DNA of 64,000 nt, from positions 6,688,001 through 6,752,000 of the forward strand of contig CBDBDQ010000005.1 of the NCBI GenBank assembly GCA_965203905.1, written 5' to 3'. The position numbers and the translations under genes were made by a program. Position 1 is the stretch's first letter. Each line of letters opens with the position of its first letter. The DNA is from Spirochaetia bacterium (GTDB lineage: Bacteria > Spirochaetota > Spirochaetia > SZUA-6 > Bin103). The notes under the pieces are model-generated. The model had not been told where the DNA came from. It saw only the letters and a program-made list of their open reading frames with translations, and made no database searches. Below, in pieces: positions 8,005-17,519 of this stretch.

Positions 8005-8928
8005 TTACTTGCGGCCGGCGGGCGGGGCCTCTGCTGCCTGCTTCACGTTGGCTGCGCCGATGCGGCCGGCGCCGCCGGTCAGCCTGGGGTCGAGCAGGTC
8101 GCGCAGCGCGTCGCCGAACATGTTGATGCCGTACACCACGATGGCGAGGGACAGGCCGGGCCAGATCGCCAGCAACGGCGCCCGCTCCATGTACCGGCGG
8201 CCCTCGAGGCTCAGCATCCCGCCCCAGCTCGGCTGTGGTGGCGGAATGCCGAAGCCGAGGAAGCTGATGGTCGACTCGCTCAGAATCACCGCACCCAGGG
8301 AGATGGTGAAGACCACGATGATGGGCGGCCACACCTGCGGCAGGACGTGGTTGAGGAGGATCCTCCAGGTGGGGCAGCCGACGGCCCGCGCCGCCTCCAC
8401 GTACGGGTTCTGCTTGGTGCTCAACACCACGCCCCGTACGGTCCGGACGTTGCCGATGCCCGTGAACGCGCCGAGGACGACGATCATGGGCACCATGCCC
8501 TGTCCCAGGAGCGACATCACGGTCAGCACGATGAACAGCCACGGGAAGGTGAGCCAGGCATCGACGAATCGTTGGACGACCAGGTCGAACGTACCACCCC
8601 AGTAACCGGACAACAGACCGAAGAACAGGGCGATGACCAGGCCGATGGCGACGGCTCCCACTCCCACGATCATGGAGACGCGCGCCCCGTGAATGACGCG
8701 AGTCAGCAGGTCGCGGCCAAACTGGTCGGTGCCCAGCGGAAACTCGGCCGATGGTCCTTCGAGCGCGCGCCTGAGATTTTGGTCTCTGAGGTCGTGGGTG
8801 GCGAGCAGGTCGGCAAACACGCCCACCAGGAAGAACACCAGTACGATGATCAAACCGACGGCGCCGAGCTTCTTTTCCCGGAACAGCCGCGGCAGCAGGT
8901 CGCGAAGCGACCCCTTTCTGGCGCTCAC
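8005..8928 (-). CDS. Dpp/Opp ABC permease (DppC-like), operon 2
   Basis: PLGTDQFGRD, ESTISFLGFG, NMFGDALRDLLDPR; GTGA overlap with dppB. Confidence 0.93.
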   Translation of the reverse strand: MSARKGSLRDLLPRLFREKKLGAVGLIIVLVFFLVGVFADLLATHDLRDQNLRRALEGPSAEFPLGTDQFGRDLLTRVIHGARVSMIVGVGAVAIGLVIALFFGLLSGYWGGTFDLVVQRFVDAWLTFPWLFIVLTVMSLLGQGMVPMIVVLGAFTGIGNVRTVRGVVLSTKQNPYVEAARAVGCPTWRILLNHVLPQVWPPIIVVFTISLGAVILSESTISFLGFGIPPPQPSWGGMLSLEGRRYMERAPLLAIWPGLSLAIVVYGINMFGDALRDLLDPRLTGGAGRIGAANVKQAAEAPPAGRK

Positions 8929-9872
8929 TTGTACTGGATCCGCGGGTCGAGCCAGGCGTAGCTGATGTCGACGATGACGTTCACGAGCAACACGAATCCC
9001 GCCATCATCATATTCAGCCCCGCCAGCAGGGGATAGTCGCGCTGCTCCAGCGTTCTTACCACCAGCGAGCCGATACCGGGTATGTTGAATATGTGTTCCA
9101 CCACGACCGCGCCGCCGATCAGGACCGGAAGCTGCAGTCCGATCGTGGTAAGCACCGGGTTCAGCGCATTCTTCAGCGCGTGCCGTAACACGACCGCCCG
9201 CTCCCTGAGCCCCTTCGCCCACGCGGTGCGGATATAGTCCTGCCGCAGCACCTCCAGCATCATCGTGCGGGTCAAGCGCATGGTCACGCCGGACAGCCAC
9301 ATTCCCAGAACGATGGCGGGGATGATGAACATGGCCAGGTTGCCGAGCGGATCCTCCCAGAAGGAGACCCAGTACATGGGCGGCGACCACCGCCACCAGA
9401 CCGCCGGCAGGACCAGGATCATCGTCCCCAGCCAGAAGCTGGGGATGCAGATGAAAGCAATGGCGACGCTGCGCAGTATCTGGTCACCGGCAGACTCCGG
9501 CTTCAGACCGGAGTAGATGCCCACGGGAAGCGCTATCACCAGCGCGAACACCAGGGACAGGGCACCCAGCTCCAGCGACCTCGGCAGCCGCTCCAGGATG
9601 ACCTCTTCGACCGCGAGGTTGGTGAGCAGCGTCTCACCGAAGTCGCCCTGAAAGACGCCGGAAATCCAGCGTCCGTATTGGACGTGAGCGGGCAGATTCA
9701 GGCCAAGCTGCTCCCGCAGAGCCTCCATGGCTCCCGCGGACATGTATCTGAGTGAGACCATGTAATCGAGCACGTCCCCGGGGATGAGGCGCATCGAGAG
9801 GAACACGATAAGACTGACGATCAGCATCGTCGGCACGATCAGCAGCAGTCTTCTGACGATGTAGGCTTGCAT
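8925..9872 (-). CDS. Dpp/Opp ABC permease (DppB-like), operon 2
   Basis: YIVRRLL, EVLRQDYIRTAWAKGL, DPRIQY. Confidence 0.93.
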   Translation of the reverse strand: MQAYIVRRLLLIVPTMLIVSLIVFLSMRLIPGDVLDYMVSLRYMSAGAMEALREQLGLNLPAHVQYGRWISGVFQGDFGETLLTNLAVEEVILERLPRSLELGALSLVFALVIALPVGIYSGLKPESAGDQILRSVAIAFICIPSFWLGTMILVLPAVWWRWSPPMYWVSFWEDPLGNLAMFIIPAIVLGMWLSGVTMRLTRTMMLEVLRQDYIRTAWAKGLRERAVVLRHALKNALNPVLTTIGLQLPVLIGGAVVVEHIFNIPGIGSLVVRTLEQRDYPLLAGLNMMMAGFVLLVNVIVDISYAWLDPRIQYK

Positions 9873-9880
9873 ACGCGAAA

Positions 9881-9912
9881 GCGGGGGCCAGACCAGCCGG
9901 CCCAGCCCCCGC
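9881..9912 (-). terminator. Stem-loop between SBP and permease genes
   Basis: GCGGGGGC (9881-9888) pairs with GCCCCCGC (9905-9912). Confidence 0.5.
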
Positions 9913-9941
9913 GAACGGTCAGATCAGATCAGAGAGGGACG

Positions 9942-11759
9942 CTATTCGTCCGCGTCGCGCCCGCTGAGCTCCTTCTTCAGGGCCGCGTCGATCCAGAAGT
10001 ACTTGGTGAAGTGGTACTGGTAGGTCTGCAACCCGCTCATGCCCTCCATTCCCTTCACCCACGGCTGCCATGCCATGTACTCGTGGACGGCGCCGAAGTC
10101 CAGGAACCACAACTGCTCCTGCCAGTAGAAGACCAGGTCCAGAAGCGCCGCGGTCCACTCGGGAGTGTTGGCCTCCAGCAAGTTGACCGCTTCGAACAAT
10201 CGCTCCACCTCCAGGGCCTCGGGAGAACCCTGGATTCGACCCATGCTGTAGAACGGCCGATACGGTGCGTTCCAGAAGTGTGTGGCCAAGACCGAGAAGC
10301 TCGTGCCGCCGGCATTATGAAACGCCAGGCCGGTAAAGTGCTCGTCGTTCGGCCCGTCCGCACCGCCGATCATGCCCCAGTGGCCGCCATTCGGGATCGG
10401 GTCCATGTTGACCCGGATGCCGACATCCTCGAAGTACGCAAAATACGCCGGGTAGTTCTCATCGAGCCCGGAGTCCGTAATGAAGGTCGTCTCGAAACGG
10501 ATGCCGTCCTCGCCACGCGGGTAGCCGGCCTCGTCGAGCAGCCGCTCGGCCTCGTCGGGATGGTATTCGTACAACCGGGCGAGGTCAGGACGCACCGTGG
10601 CCAGCTCCGCCTTGGTATGGTACTGGGGCTTCCCAGCCGACCGCTTCACCGGGAACCCCGGGTAGTGGTAGTGCTCGGGCGTGAAGAATTCCCGGAGCGC
10701 CTCGTGGTCGACGGCCAGCATTGCTGCCTGACGCACGCGGATGTCGTTCCACGGCGCCAGGTCGGCGCGCAACGCAGCATACTGTCCGTGGGCCCACGTC
10801 TCGTTGGTTCGTATCTCCGGGTTGCTCCGCCTCAGATCGTCTATCTGCGTGGGGGTAAGGCCGTTTTGCACCTGGCGGTCGAGCTTGCCGCTACGCAGCG
10901 CCGCGATCCGCGCCGCGCCATCGGCGAAGGAGATGATCTGCATGGTGTCCAGATACGGCAGCTGGTTACCCGGATTCAGAGGATCCTCCATCCAGTAGTT
11001 GGGGTTCCTGGTGTAGGTAATGTGGCTGCCCTCGACGACGTCGATGGGCCAGAACGGCCCCGATCCCATGTGGCTGCGCCAGTCTTCCCGGTTGATGGAG
11101 TCATCCCGCCACCACTCGGCCGGCAGAACGCCGTTCAGGGCACTGGTGAGATAGACCCACAGACCCAGGCTGTCGGGCGCCGCAAGTTCGACGTTGATCG
11201 CCCAGGGGTCGTTCGGATCGGCCGTCATCTTGAGGAGCTCGTCGCCCTTGTACATCAGGCCGGATCTTGGCTCCGCGGTGACGTGCTCCCACGTGACGAG
11301 CACGTCTTCCACGGTCATCTCTCTGCCGTTGGCCGGCGGCCGGTCGTGGTAGTGGATGCCTCTGCGAATCTTCCACCGCAACTGGGTCGGGCTGATGACT
11401 TCGTTGGACTCGATGACCTGGAACGTGATCACATTTGGATTCTGCCAGTTGAAGTCGTTCAACCCCCACTCGCCGGTGCCCCGAGGCCCCTGGGTGATGT
11501 CGTACTCGAACAACTGATCGTAGATGGCCGGCACCACCTGGATGCCGTGAATCAGCACCGTCGGGTCCCAGACGCTGGACCAAGTGTTGTCGGCGGTGGT
11601 GAGATTGCCGCCGTACACCGGCTTGGTGTCGATGTCCGAGGGCGACATGGCGGCCCCGGAGGACCCTTCCTCTTCTTCTCCGGTGGCCCAGGCGCCGGTT
11701 GCCGCCAGCAACACGGCCGTCACCACGACGAATACTGTCTTCCATTTGCAGATAGTCAC
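9942..11759 (-). CDS. ABC transporter substrate-binding protein, family 5, operon 2
   Basis: GTG start after GGAGG; signal peptide; KPVYGG, IRRGIHY, GSGPF, NPNYW, VRQAAMLAVD. Confidence 0.92.
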   Translation of the reverse strand: MTICKWKTVFVVVTAVLLAATGAWATGEEEEGSSGAAMSPSDIDTKPVYGGNLTTADNTWSSVWDPTVLIHGIQVVPAIYDQLFEYDITQGPRGTGEWGLNDFNWQNPNVITFQVIESNEVISPTQLRWKIRRGIHYHDRPPANGREMTVEDVLVTWEHVTAEPRSGLMYKGDELLKMTADPNDPWAINVELAAPDSLGLWVYLTSALNGVLPAEWWRDDSINREDWRSHMGSGPFWPIDVVEGSHITYTRNPNYWMEDPLNPGNQLPYLDTMQIISFADGAARIAALRSGKLDRQVQNGLTPTQIDDLRRSNPEIRTNETWAHGQYAALRADLAPWNDIRVRQAAMLAVDHEALREFFTPEHYHYPGFPVKRSAGKPQYHTKAELATVRPDLARLYEYHPDEAERLLDEAGYPRGEDGIRFETTFITDSGLDENYPAYFAYFEDVGIRVNMDPIPNGGHWGMIGGADGPNDEHFTGLAFHNAGGTSFSVLATHFWNAPYRPFYSMGRIQGSPEALEVERLFEAVNLLEANTPEWTAALLDLVFYWQEQLWFLDFGAVHEYMAWQPWVKGMEGMSGLQTYQYHFTKYFWIDAALKKELSGRDADE

Positions 11760-11809
11760 GCTATCCACCTCCTGTTCACTCGGGTTTCCGACCCGAAATG
11801 TTAGCTTGA

Positions 11810-11838
11810 ATTGTCTCACGGCCTACAACTCGGGTCAA
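11810..11838 (-). promoter_or_regulatory. Putative sigma70 promoter of operon 2
   Basis: TTGACC-N17-GACAAT on the minus strand. Confidence 0.45.
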
Positions 11839-11921
11839 CCAGCCGCACCGAAATGGACCGAAATGACGGTGCTGCGGCGGCTCAGCCAAGTAGCGTGAGA
11901 ACGTCTGCCGCGGCCGCGCGC

Positions 11922-12863
11922 TTACTTGCGGTCGGCGGGCGGGGCCTTGGCGCCGAAGCGGCCGATGCCGCCGCGCAGGCGGGGGTCGAGCAGGTCGCGC
12001 AGCGCGTCGCCGAACATGTTGATGCCGAACACCACGATCGCCAGGCACAAGCCGGGCCAGAACGCCAACAGCGGCGCCTCCAGCATGTAGGAGCGGCCCT
12101 CTATGCTCAGCATGCTGCCCCAGCTCGGCTGCGGTGGCGGTATGCCGAAGCCGAGGAAGCTCACCGACGCCTCGGCGAGGATGTTGCCGCCCACCGAAAC
12201 GGTGAACAGGACGATCATCGGCGCCACGAGCTGCGGCGCGATGTGGCGCGCGAGGATGCGCAGGGTGCCGCCGCCGGTGGCCCGGGCCGCCTCCACGTAG
12301 GGCAGCTCCTTCACGCTCAGCACGACGCTGCGCACGGTCCTGATGTTGACGATGCCCCAGGGTACGCCGAGGACGATGATCACCTGCGGGATGCCCGGTC
12401 CGAGCAGCGACATGACCGTGATGATCAGGAACAGCCACGGGAACGCCTGCACCGCATCCACCACCCGCTGCCCGATCAGATCCGCCACACCGCCGAAGTA
12501 TCCCAGCAGGAGTCCGAACACGGTCGCGACCGCCACCGCAACCAGGCTGGCGGCGATGCCGACCAGCATCGAGATGCGGGCACCCTGCATCACCCGGCTG
12601 TACACGTCGCGCCCGAACTGATCGGTACCCAGGGGATAGTCGGAGGATGGCCCCTCCAGACGCCGCGGCACGTTCTGCTCGAACATGTCGTGGGTGGCAA
12701 GCACGTCGGCGAAGATGCCGACCAGCAGGAACAGCACCACGATGATCAGCCCGACGGCGCCCAGCTTCTTCTCCCGGAACAACCGGGAGAGGGTCTGACG
12801 CAGGAGTGACGTACGCGCGTGCTGCGCTGCGGCCGGCGCCTTGGGTGCCACGGAGTCAGCCAT
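11922..12863 (-). CDS. Dpp/Opp ABC permease (DppC-like), operon 3
   Basis: PLGTDQFGRD, EASVSFLGFG, NMFGDALRDLLDPR. Confidence 0.93.
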   Translation of the reverse strand: MADSVAPKAPAAAQHARTSLLRQTLSRLFREKKLGAVGLIIVVLFLLVGIFADVLATHDMFEQNVPRRLEGPSSDYPLGTDQFGRDVYSRVMQGARISMLVGIAASLVAVAVATVFGLLLGYFGGVADLIGQRVVDAVQAFPWLFLIITVMSLLGPGIPQVIIVLGVPWGIVNIRTVRSVVLSVKELPYVEAARATGGGTLRILARHIAPQLVAPMIVLFTVSVGGNILAEASVSFLGFGIPPPQPSWGSMLSIEGRSYMLEAPLLAFWPGLCLAIVVFGINMFGDALRDLLDPRLRGGIGRFGAKAPPADRK

Positions 12864-13864
12864 CAGTCGTAGCGGATCCGTGGGTCGAGCCAGGCGTAAC
12901 TGATGTCGATCACGACGTTGACGACGAGCACGACCCCCGCCATGAGCAGGTTTATGGCGGTGACGATGGGGTAGTCACGTTTCTCGAGCGCTTCGATTAT
13001 CAGCGATCCGAGGCCCGGTATGTTGAAGATCTTCTCCACGATCACGGCGCCGCCAATCAGGACCGGCAACTGCAGTCCGATCATCGTGATCACCGGAATC
13101 GTGGCATTCTTGAGGACGTGGCGCATCACCAGCACCCGCTCCCGGAGCCCCTTCGCCCAGGCGGTGCGGACGTAGTCCTGGCGCAGCACCTCCAGCATCA
13201 TGGTGCGCGTAAATCGCATTATGATTCCCGACAGCAGCATCCCCTGGATGAGTGACGGCACGAACATCTGCGCCAGGTTGCCGAGCGGATCGTCGCCGAA
13301 TCGGACGAAGAACAAGGGCGGCGCCCAACGCCACCACAGCGCCGGGTAGACCACCACCATGGTGCCCAGCCAGAAGGCGGGAACGGTGACCAGCAGAATG
13401 GCAAAGCTGCGCAAAACCTGGTCGATGCCCGAGTCAGGCCGGATCCCGGAAATGATGCCCACCGGCAGCGCAATCAACAGCGAGAAGATGATTGCCATCA
13501 GACCGAGCTGGAGAGATATCGGCAGGCGGAACAGGATGTCCGTTCCGACCGGCTGCCTGGTCCACAGCGAATCTCCGAGCCGGCCCTGGAACAGTTCTCC
13601 GAGCCAGCGCACGTACTGAACGTGCGCCGGGACATCCAGTCCAAGCTGTGCGCGTAGCGTCTGCGCCAGTTGCTCCACAACCTCCTCGCTGCTCCCCACC
13701 AGATCCGTGGTCGTGGTTCCAAGGGACACGTACTGCTGCATGATCGCCACCATCAGGTCGATGACGTCCCCGGGAATCCAGCGAATCAGGAAGAACGCCA
13801 GCAGCGAGACGATGAATAGCGTGGGGATGATCAGAACGACCCGTCTGATGATGTAGGCAGTCAT
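12863..13864 (-). CDS. Dpp/Opp ABC permease (DppB-like), operon 3
   Basis: YIIRRVV, EVLRQDYVRTAWAKGL, DPRIRY. Confidence 0.93.
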   Translation of the reverse strand: MTAYIIRRVVLIIPTLFIVSLLAFFLIRWIPGDVIDLMVAIMQQYVSLGTTTTDLVGSSEEVVEQLAQTLRAQLGLDVPAHVQYVRWLGELFQGRLGDSLWTRQPVGTDILFRLPISLQLGLMAIIFSLLIALPVGIISGIRPDSGIDQVLRSFAILLVTVPAFWLGTMVVVYPALWWRWAPPLFFVRFGDDPLGNLAQMFVPSLIQGMLLSGIIMRFTRTMMLEVLRQDYVRTAWAKGLRERVLVMRHVLKNATIPVITMIGLQLPVLIGGAVIVEKIFNIPGLGSLIIEALEKRDYPIVTAINLLMAGVVLVVNVVIDISYAWLDPRIRYD

Positions 13865-13891
13865 CGAGCTATGGTTGCTGCTTCAAAGAAA

Positions 13892-13931
13892 GGGGCTGGC
13901 GACGGTCCCCGAAGGAAACTTCGCCAACCCC
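13892..13931 (-). terminator. Stem-loop between SBP and permease genes
   Basis: GGGGCTGGCGA (13892-13902) pairs with TCGCCAACCCC (13921-13931). Confidence 0.55.
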
Positions 13932-13962
13932 GTGACAGCTTATCGCGGTGCCAATTAGGCCG

Positions 13963-15786
13963 CTACGGCTGCATGTTCGTGTCGATCCAGATGTTCTTGG
14001 CCACCGAGTGCCAGCCCTGGATGCCGACGTTGCTCATCTCTCCGCTGTAGCCCTTCACCCATGGGTTCCAGAACGTCAGCTTATCGAACGCGACGCCGTG
14101 CGGATACGCGCTATCCTCCAGCGCCTTCGGAAAGAACTCCCGATACGCCGCGATCCGCTTCTGTTCGTCGAACTCGGTAGTCACAACCGCGGCGATCGCA
14201 TCGTACATCGGTTCGGTCGTCCGCGCGCTGTTGACCGTGGCGTTGGTGGTCAGCTGATTGAAAAGCAGCTCGTAATGGTGCTGCCACATGCCCGGCGTCC
14301 AACTCGTCAGCCCGAGGTGGTCCTCCCGGTCTTTGACCGACTGCCAGACCGCGCCCTCGACCACCTTGAGGTTGGCGCGGATGCCCACCTCGTTCCAGTA
14401 ACCCTGGTAGAGCTCGTTGAACTCGGCCTCACCCGGGGGACTCCACAGGTCGAACTCGAACCCATCGGGGTACCCGGCTGCGGCGAGACACTCGCGCGCC
14501 TTGTCGGGAAGGTACGTCACCACGTCGCGAGCGCTGGCGCACGAACCGGGTAGCGTGGGCTCGGTCGGCAGATCCTCGTACTCGACAAAGTAATCCGGGA
14601 ACGTCGGAAACGTCGGATACGAGTACTGAAGCGCGAATCCGCCGTAGAAGTCATTGACGACCTCGTCGCGCGGAATGGACATCATCAGCGCCTGCCGCAC
14701 CTTGATGTCACTGAACGGGCTGTCTGGCAGGTCCACGCGTGGCACCCAGACCGTGGGGGTCGGGGCGGCGGGCGCCTGGCCAATCTCGGGGTTCGTGTCC
14801 TTGAGCTGCAGCCCCCACTTGCCCGACGAGCCGAGGCCGTTGGTCAGGTCGATCTGACCAGCCCGCAACGCGGCGACGATCGACGCCTCGTCGTCGAAGT
14901 CGACGATGCGCAGGTTGTCAGCGTAGGGCAGCCGATTCTCGGGGTGAATCGGATCGTTCTCCCAGTAGTTGGGATTGCGCTTGTAGGTGACCGTGCTGCC
15001 AGGTACGTAGTCGGTGGGGATGTAGGCGCCGGTACCGAGTGCGTTTTGCCAGTCCCCCCATTCGCCTTCCGGGATGTTCGCCATCCCGCTGTTGAAGGTG
15101 AACAGGTACATCGATAGTTGGAAAGCCGCCAGGAGTGGGTCCGGCGTGGGCCACGACACCTCCAGGGTGTAGTCGTCGAGGGCGGTATAGGTGGAAACGC
15201 CGGGCAGGCCCTGCTGGTACCAGTTCGACGTGTTCTTGGAGAAGACCACGTCATGGGCAGTCAGCTCGCGCCCGTAGTCAGCCTGCAGCCCGGGATTCGC
15301 CTGCGCTACGTCCTCTTCCTCCCAGAAGTGGATGCCTCTGCGAATCTTGAACACCATCGACGTCTGGTTGGGGATTGTCCAGCTCTCCGCCAGCATGGGA
15401 ACAGCCAGGGCTGGTGGGTTCGCCGCTGTATACTGCCGCACGTCGTATTCACCGGTACCGGACGGACCATGCGCCCAGTCCAGCTGCGAGAGGCGCTGGT
15501 TGGTTATCTGGACATTCGCCAACTCGTGCGGTCCGCCGCCGCTCCGTGGATCCCAGAGCGAGAACGAGACCAGCAGGATCTCGCGGTTCATGGTGATCGT
15601 GCCACCATAGCGCGGTTTCTCGTACTGTCTGGTCATGGTCGTGCCGTCGAGCCTGGTGAGCTCCACGTCGACGAACTCTGCCTCGGCGGCGGCTTCCTCT
15701 GCGGCCGAGGCCCACAGGGCAGTCGACGTCAGCACGAGTCCGAGCCCGAGCATGACTGCCGCCGCCCTCCTGATGGAAAGAATCAA
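13963..15786 (-). CDS. ABC transporter substrate-binding protein, family 5, operon 3
   Basis: TTG start after AAAGGAG; paralog of the operon-1 SBP (VELTR.DGTTM...EKPRYGG); NPNYW, VRQALMMSI. Confidence 0.9.
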   Translation of the reverse strand: MILSIRRAAAVMLGLGLVLTSTALWASAAEEAAAEAEFVDVELTRLDGTTMTRQYEKPRYGGTITMNREILLVSFSLWDPRSGGGPHELANVQITNQRLSQLDWAHGPSGTGEYDVRQYTAANPPALAVPMLAESWTIPNQTSMVFKIRRGIHFWEEEDVAQANPGLQADYGRELTAHDVVFSKNTSNWYQQGLPGVSTYTALDDYTLEVSWPTPDPLLAAFQLSMYLFTFNSGMANIPEGEWGDWQNALGTGAYIPTDYVPGSTVTYKRNPNYWENDPIHPENRLPYADNLRIVDFDDEASIVAALRAGQIDLTNGLGSSGKWGLQLKDTNPEIGQAPAAPTPTVWVPRVDLPDSPFSDIKVRQALMMSIPRDEVVNDFYGGFALQYSYPTFPTFPDYFVEYEDLPTEPTLPGSCASARDVVTYLPDKARECLAAAGYPDGFEFDLWSPPGEAEFNELYQGYWNEVGIRANLKVVEGAVWQSVKDREDHLGLTSWTPGMWQHHYELLFNQLTTNATVNSARTTEPMYDAIAAVVTTEFDEQKRIAAYREFFPKALEDSAYPHGVAFDKLTFWNPWVKGYSGEMSNVGIQGWHSVAKNIWIDTNMQP

Positions 15787-15907
15787 TTCTGACTCCTTTT
15801 CATTCCGCGCATGTTCGACAGTTTCCGTCCCACGCCTGCGCGTCAGCCTGCGCGACCGCCAAGTTCGGACAGTCGGCACCGGGGACGGCAACCTGATTGC
15901 ACCCTGT

Positions 15908-15937
15908 ACTGTAGCTCTCGGCACAGTCCTTGGTCAA
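15908..15937 (-). promoter_or_regulatory. Putative sigma70 promoter of operon 3
   Basis: TTGACC-N18-TACAGT; its spacer GCTCTCGGCACAG recurs at 16019-16031. Confidence 0.4.
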
Positions 15938-16055
15938 TGTGGGGCGGGGCCGGCCTGGGCCGGCCGACGTCCTCGCGCGGCATCGGATAGCGCCCCGAAA
16001 CCGTCGCCTGGTGGCGTCGCTCTCGGCACAGCCCCGCCTATGGTACTGCCACGAG

Positions 16056-17228
16056 TCACTGCGCTCGCTCGTTGAGAATCTCACCGTCCCACAGGGCGGT
16101 AAGGAATTCCGTCACCGGGAGCAGTTCGATGCCATCGACGATTCGCGGCACCGACTCGCCGCACACCACGATGCGCCTCCGCAGCGGCACTTCCTCGGCC
16201 AGCCGGCGGAGTCCGGTCAGGGCGCGCGGTGCAACGGCGCCGCTGGCCTTCACCTCGATCGCCACGCTGTCACCGACCACGAAGTCGACCTCCGAGCCAT
16301 CGATCGTGCGCCAGAACGTGAGTGCACGGGCGTCACGGCTGTATCCGAGCCGGGCTCGCAGCTCGCAGAAGACGAGGTGCTCCAGGGCACGACCGAACGC
16401 GGCGCTGCCTGCCTCGATCCGCGTAATCCCGGCCAGGACGTTGGCTACCCCGACGTCGAACAGGTAGAACTTGGCGTGCGACACGGGCTTGCGGCTCGCA
16501 CGCTTCGGAGTGAACGGCTGCAGCAGCGACCCCAGCAACGTGTCTTCCAGCACCTGGAAATACTCGCGGACCGTGCGCGCCGGCACGGCCGCATCGGAGG
16601 CCAGCCGCTCGAATACCACCTGCTGACCGCAGGCGAGCGCTGCAGCGGTCAGGAAACGCGAGAACGGCTCCACACCGCGCACCAGACCTTCCGCCTGGAT
16701 CTCCAGCTGCAGATAGTTCCCGCAGTAGGCCCGCAGATCCTCGATCGGGTCGTCGGAGAAGTAGATCGAAGGGATACCCCCAACATTGATGGCCCGCATC
16801 AACTCCCAGTTTGGGACTTCCGCCGATACGAACGGGAACAGGCGGCGTGTCCGGGCGCGGCCGCCGAGCAGGTTGACTCCGCCTCGGCGCAGCTTGGCCG
16901 GGCTGCTGGCAGCCAGTATGAACTGCAGGCCCCGGGATTCGATGAGATCGTGCACGTCATCGAGCAGACTGGGCAGTTTCTGAATCTCGTCGATAATCAC
17001 CGGTGCCGAGGTACGAGAGACCGTGGCCAACTCCTGCCGCAGCCGTCCCGGCTCGCGGGACAGCCGGAGGAACACCTCGCCGCGGAGCAGATTGAACACC
17101 GGAGAGTGCGGAAAAAGCGTGCTCAGATAGGTTGTCTTTCCGGTCTGCCGAGGGCCGAACAGGAACACGGACCGGAAGCGAAGGTCGGGAGCGAGATCAA
17201 GACGGCGACGAACGGTCGGCTCGGTCAT
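16056..17228 (-). CDS. AAA_14 ATPase with DUF4143 and C-terminal PD-(D/E)xK-like domain
   Basis: GPRQTGKT (Walker A), IIDEIQK (Walker B), KFYLFDVG, EVDFVV...IEVK. Confidence 0.9.
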   Translation of the reverse strand: MTEPTVRRRLDLAPDLRFRSVFLFGPRQTGKTTYLSTLFPHSPVFNLLRGEVFLRLSREPGRLRQELATVSRTSAPVIIDEIQKLPSLLDDVHDLIESRGLQFILAASSPAKLRRGGVNLLGGRARTRRLFPFVSAEVPNWELMRAINVGGIPSIYFSDDPIEDLRAYCGNYLQLEIQAEGLVRGVEPFSRFLTAAALACGQQVVFERLASDAAVPARTVREYFQVLEDTLLGSLLQPFTPKRASRKPVSHAKFYLFDVGVANVLAGITRIEAGSAAFGRALEHLVFCELRARLGYSRDARALTFWRTIDGSEVDFVVGDSVAIEVKASGAVAPRALTGLRRLAEEVPLRRRIVVCGESVPRIVDGIELLPVTEFLTALWDGEILNERAQ

Positions 17229-17260
17229 ATCTCCGAGTCTACTCTCTCGCTTGAACAATC

Positions 17261-17305
17261 GCAACTATTCTGCGGGAAATATTTATTTTTCCGCAACAGA
17301 GTTGC
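17261..17305. promoter_or_regulatory. Imperfect palindrome upstream of the DUF4143 ATPase (putative operator/promoter)
   Basis: GCAACT-ATTC-TGCGGGAAA...TTTTCCGCA-ACAG-AGTTGC around an AT-rich core. Confidence 0.5.
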
Positions 17306-17337
17306 GGATAATACTCATCAACCCGCATTCGGAGTGC

Positions 17338-17479
17338 CTACCACATCACCTAGGCCGCCGGGGGTGTTGACGTCCTGGCCGGTGAAGCTGCCGGCCTCCT
17401 CGGAGGCGATGAACACCGCCATGGCGGCGGCTTCGTCGGGGGTGCCGTGGTCCTGCACGGAGCCCTCGGTCTGCAGCCA
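17338..17479 (-). repeat. Degenerate direct repeat of the SDR gene 3' end including the stop codon (18896-19036)
   Basis: About 8 differences in 142 nt, including a 1-nt insertion. Confidence 0.93.
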
Positions 17480-17519
17480 CCGGTGCGACGGTTGGCGGAG
17501 CCGCCTCGGCGACGATACG

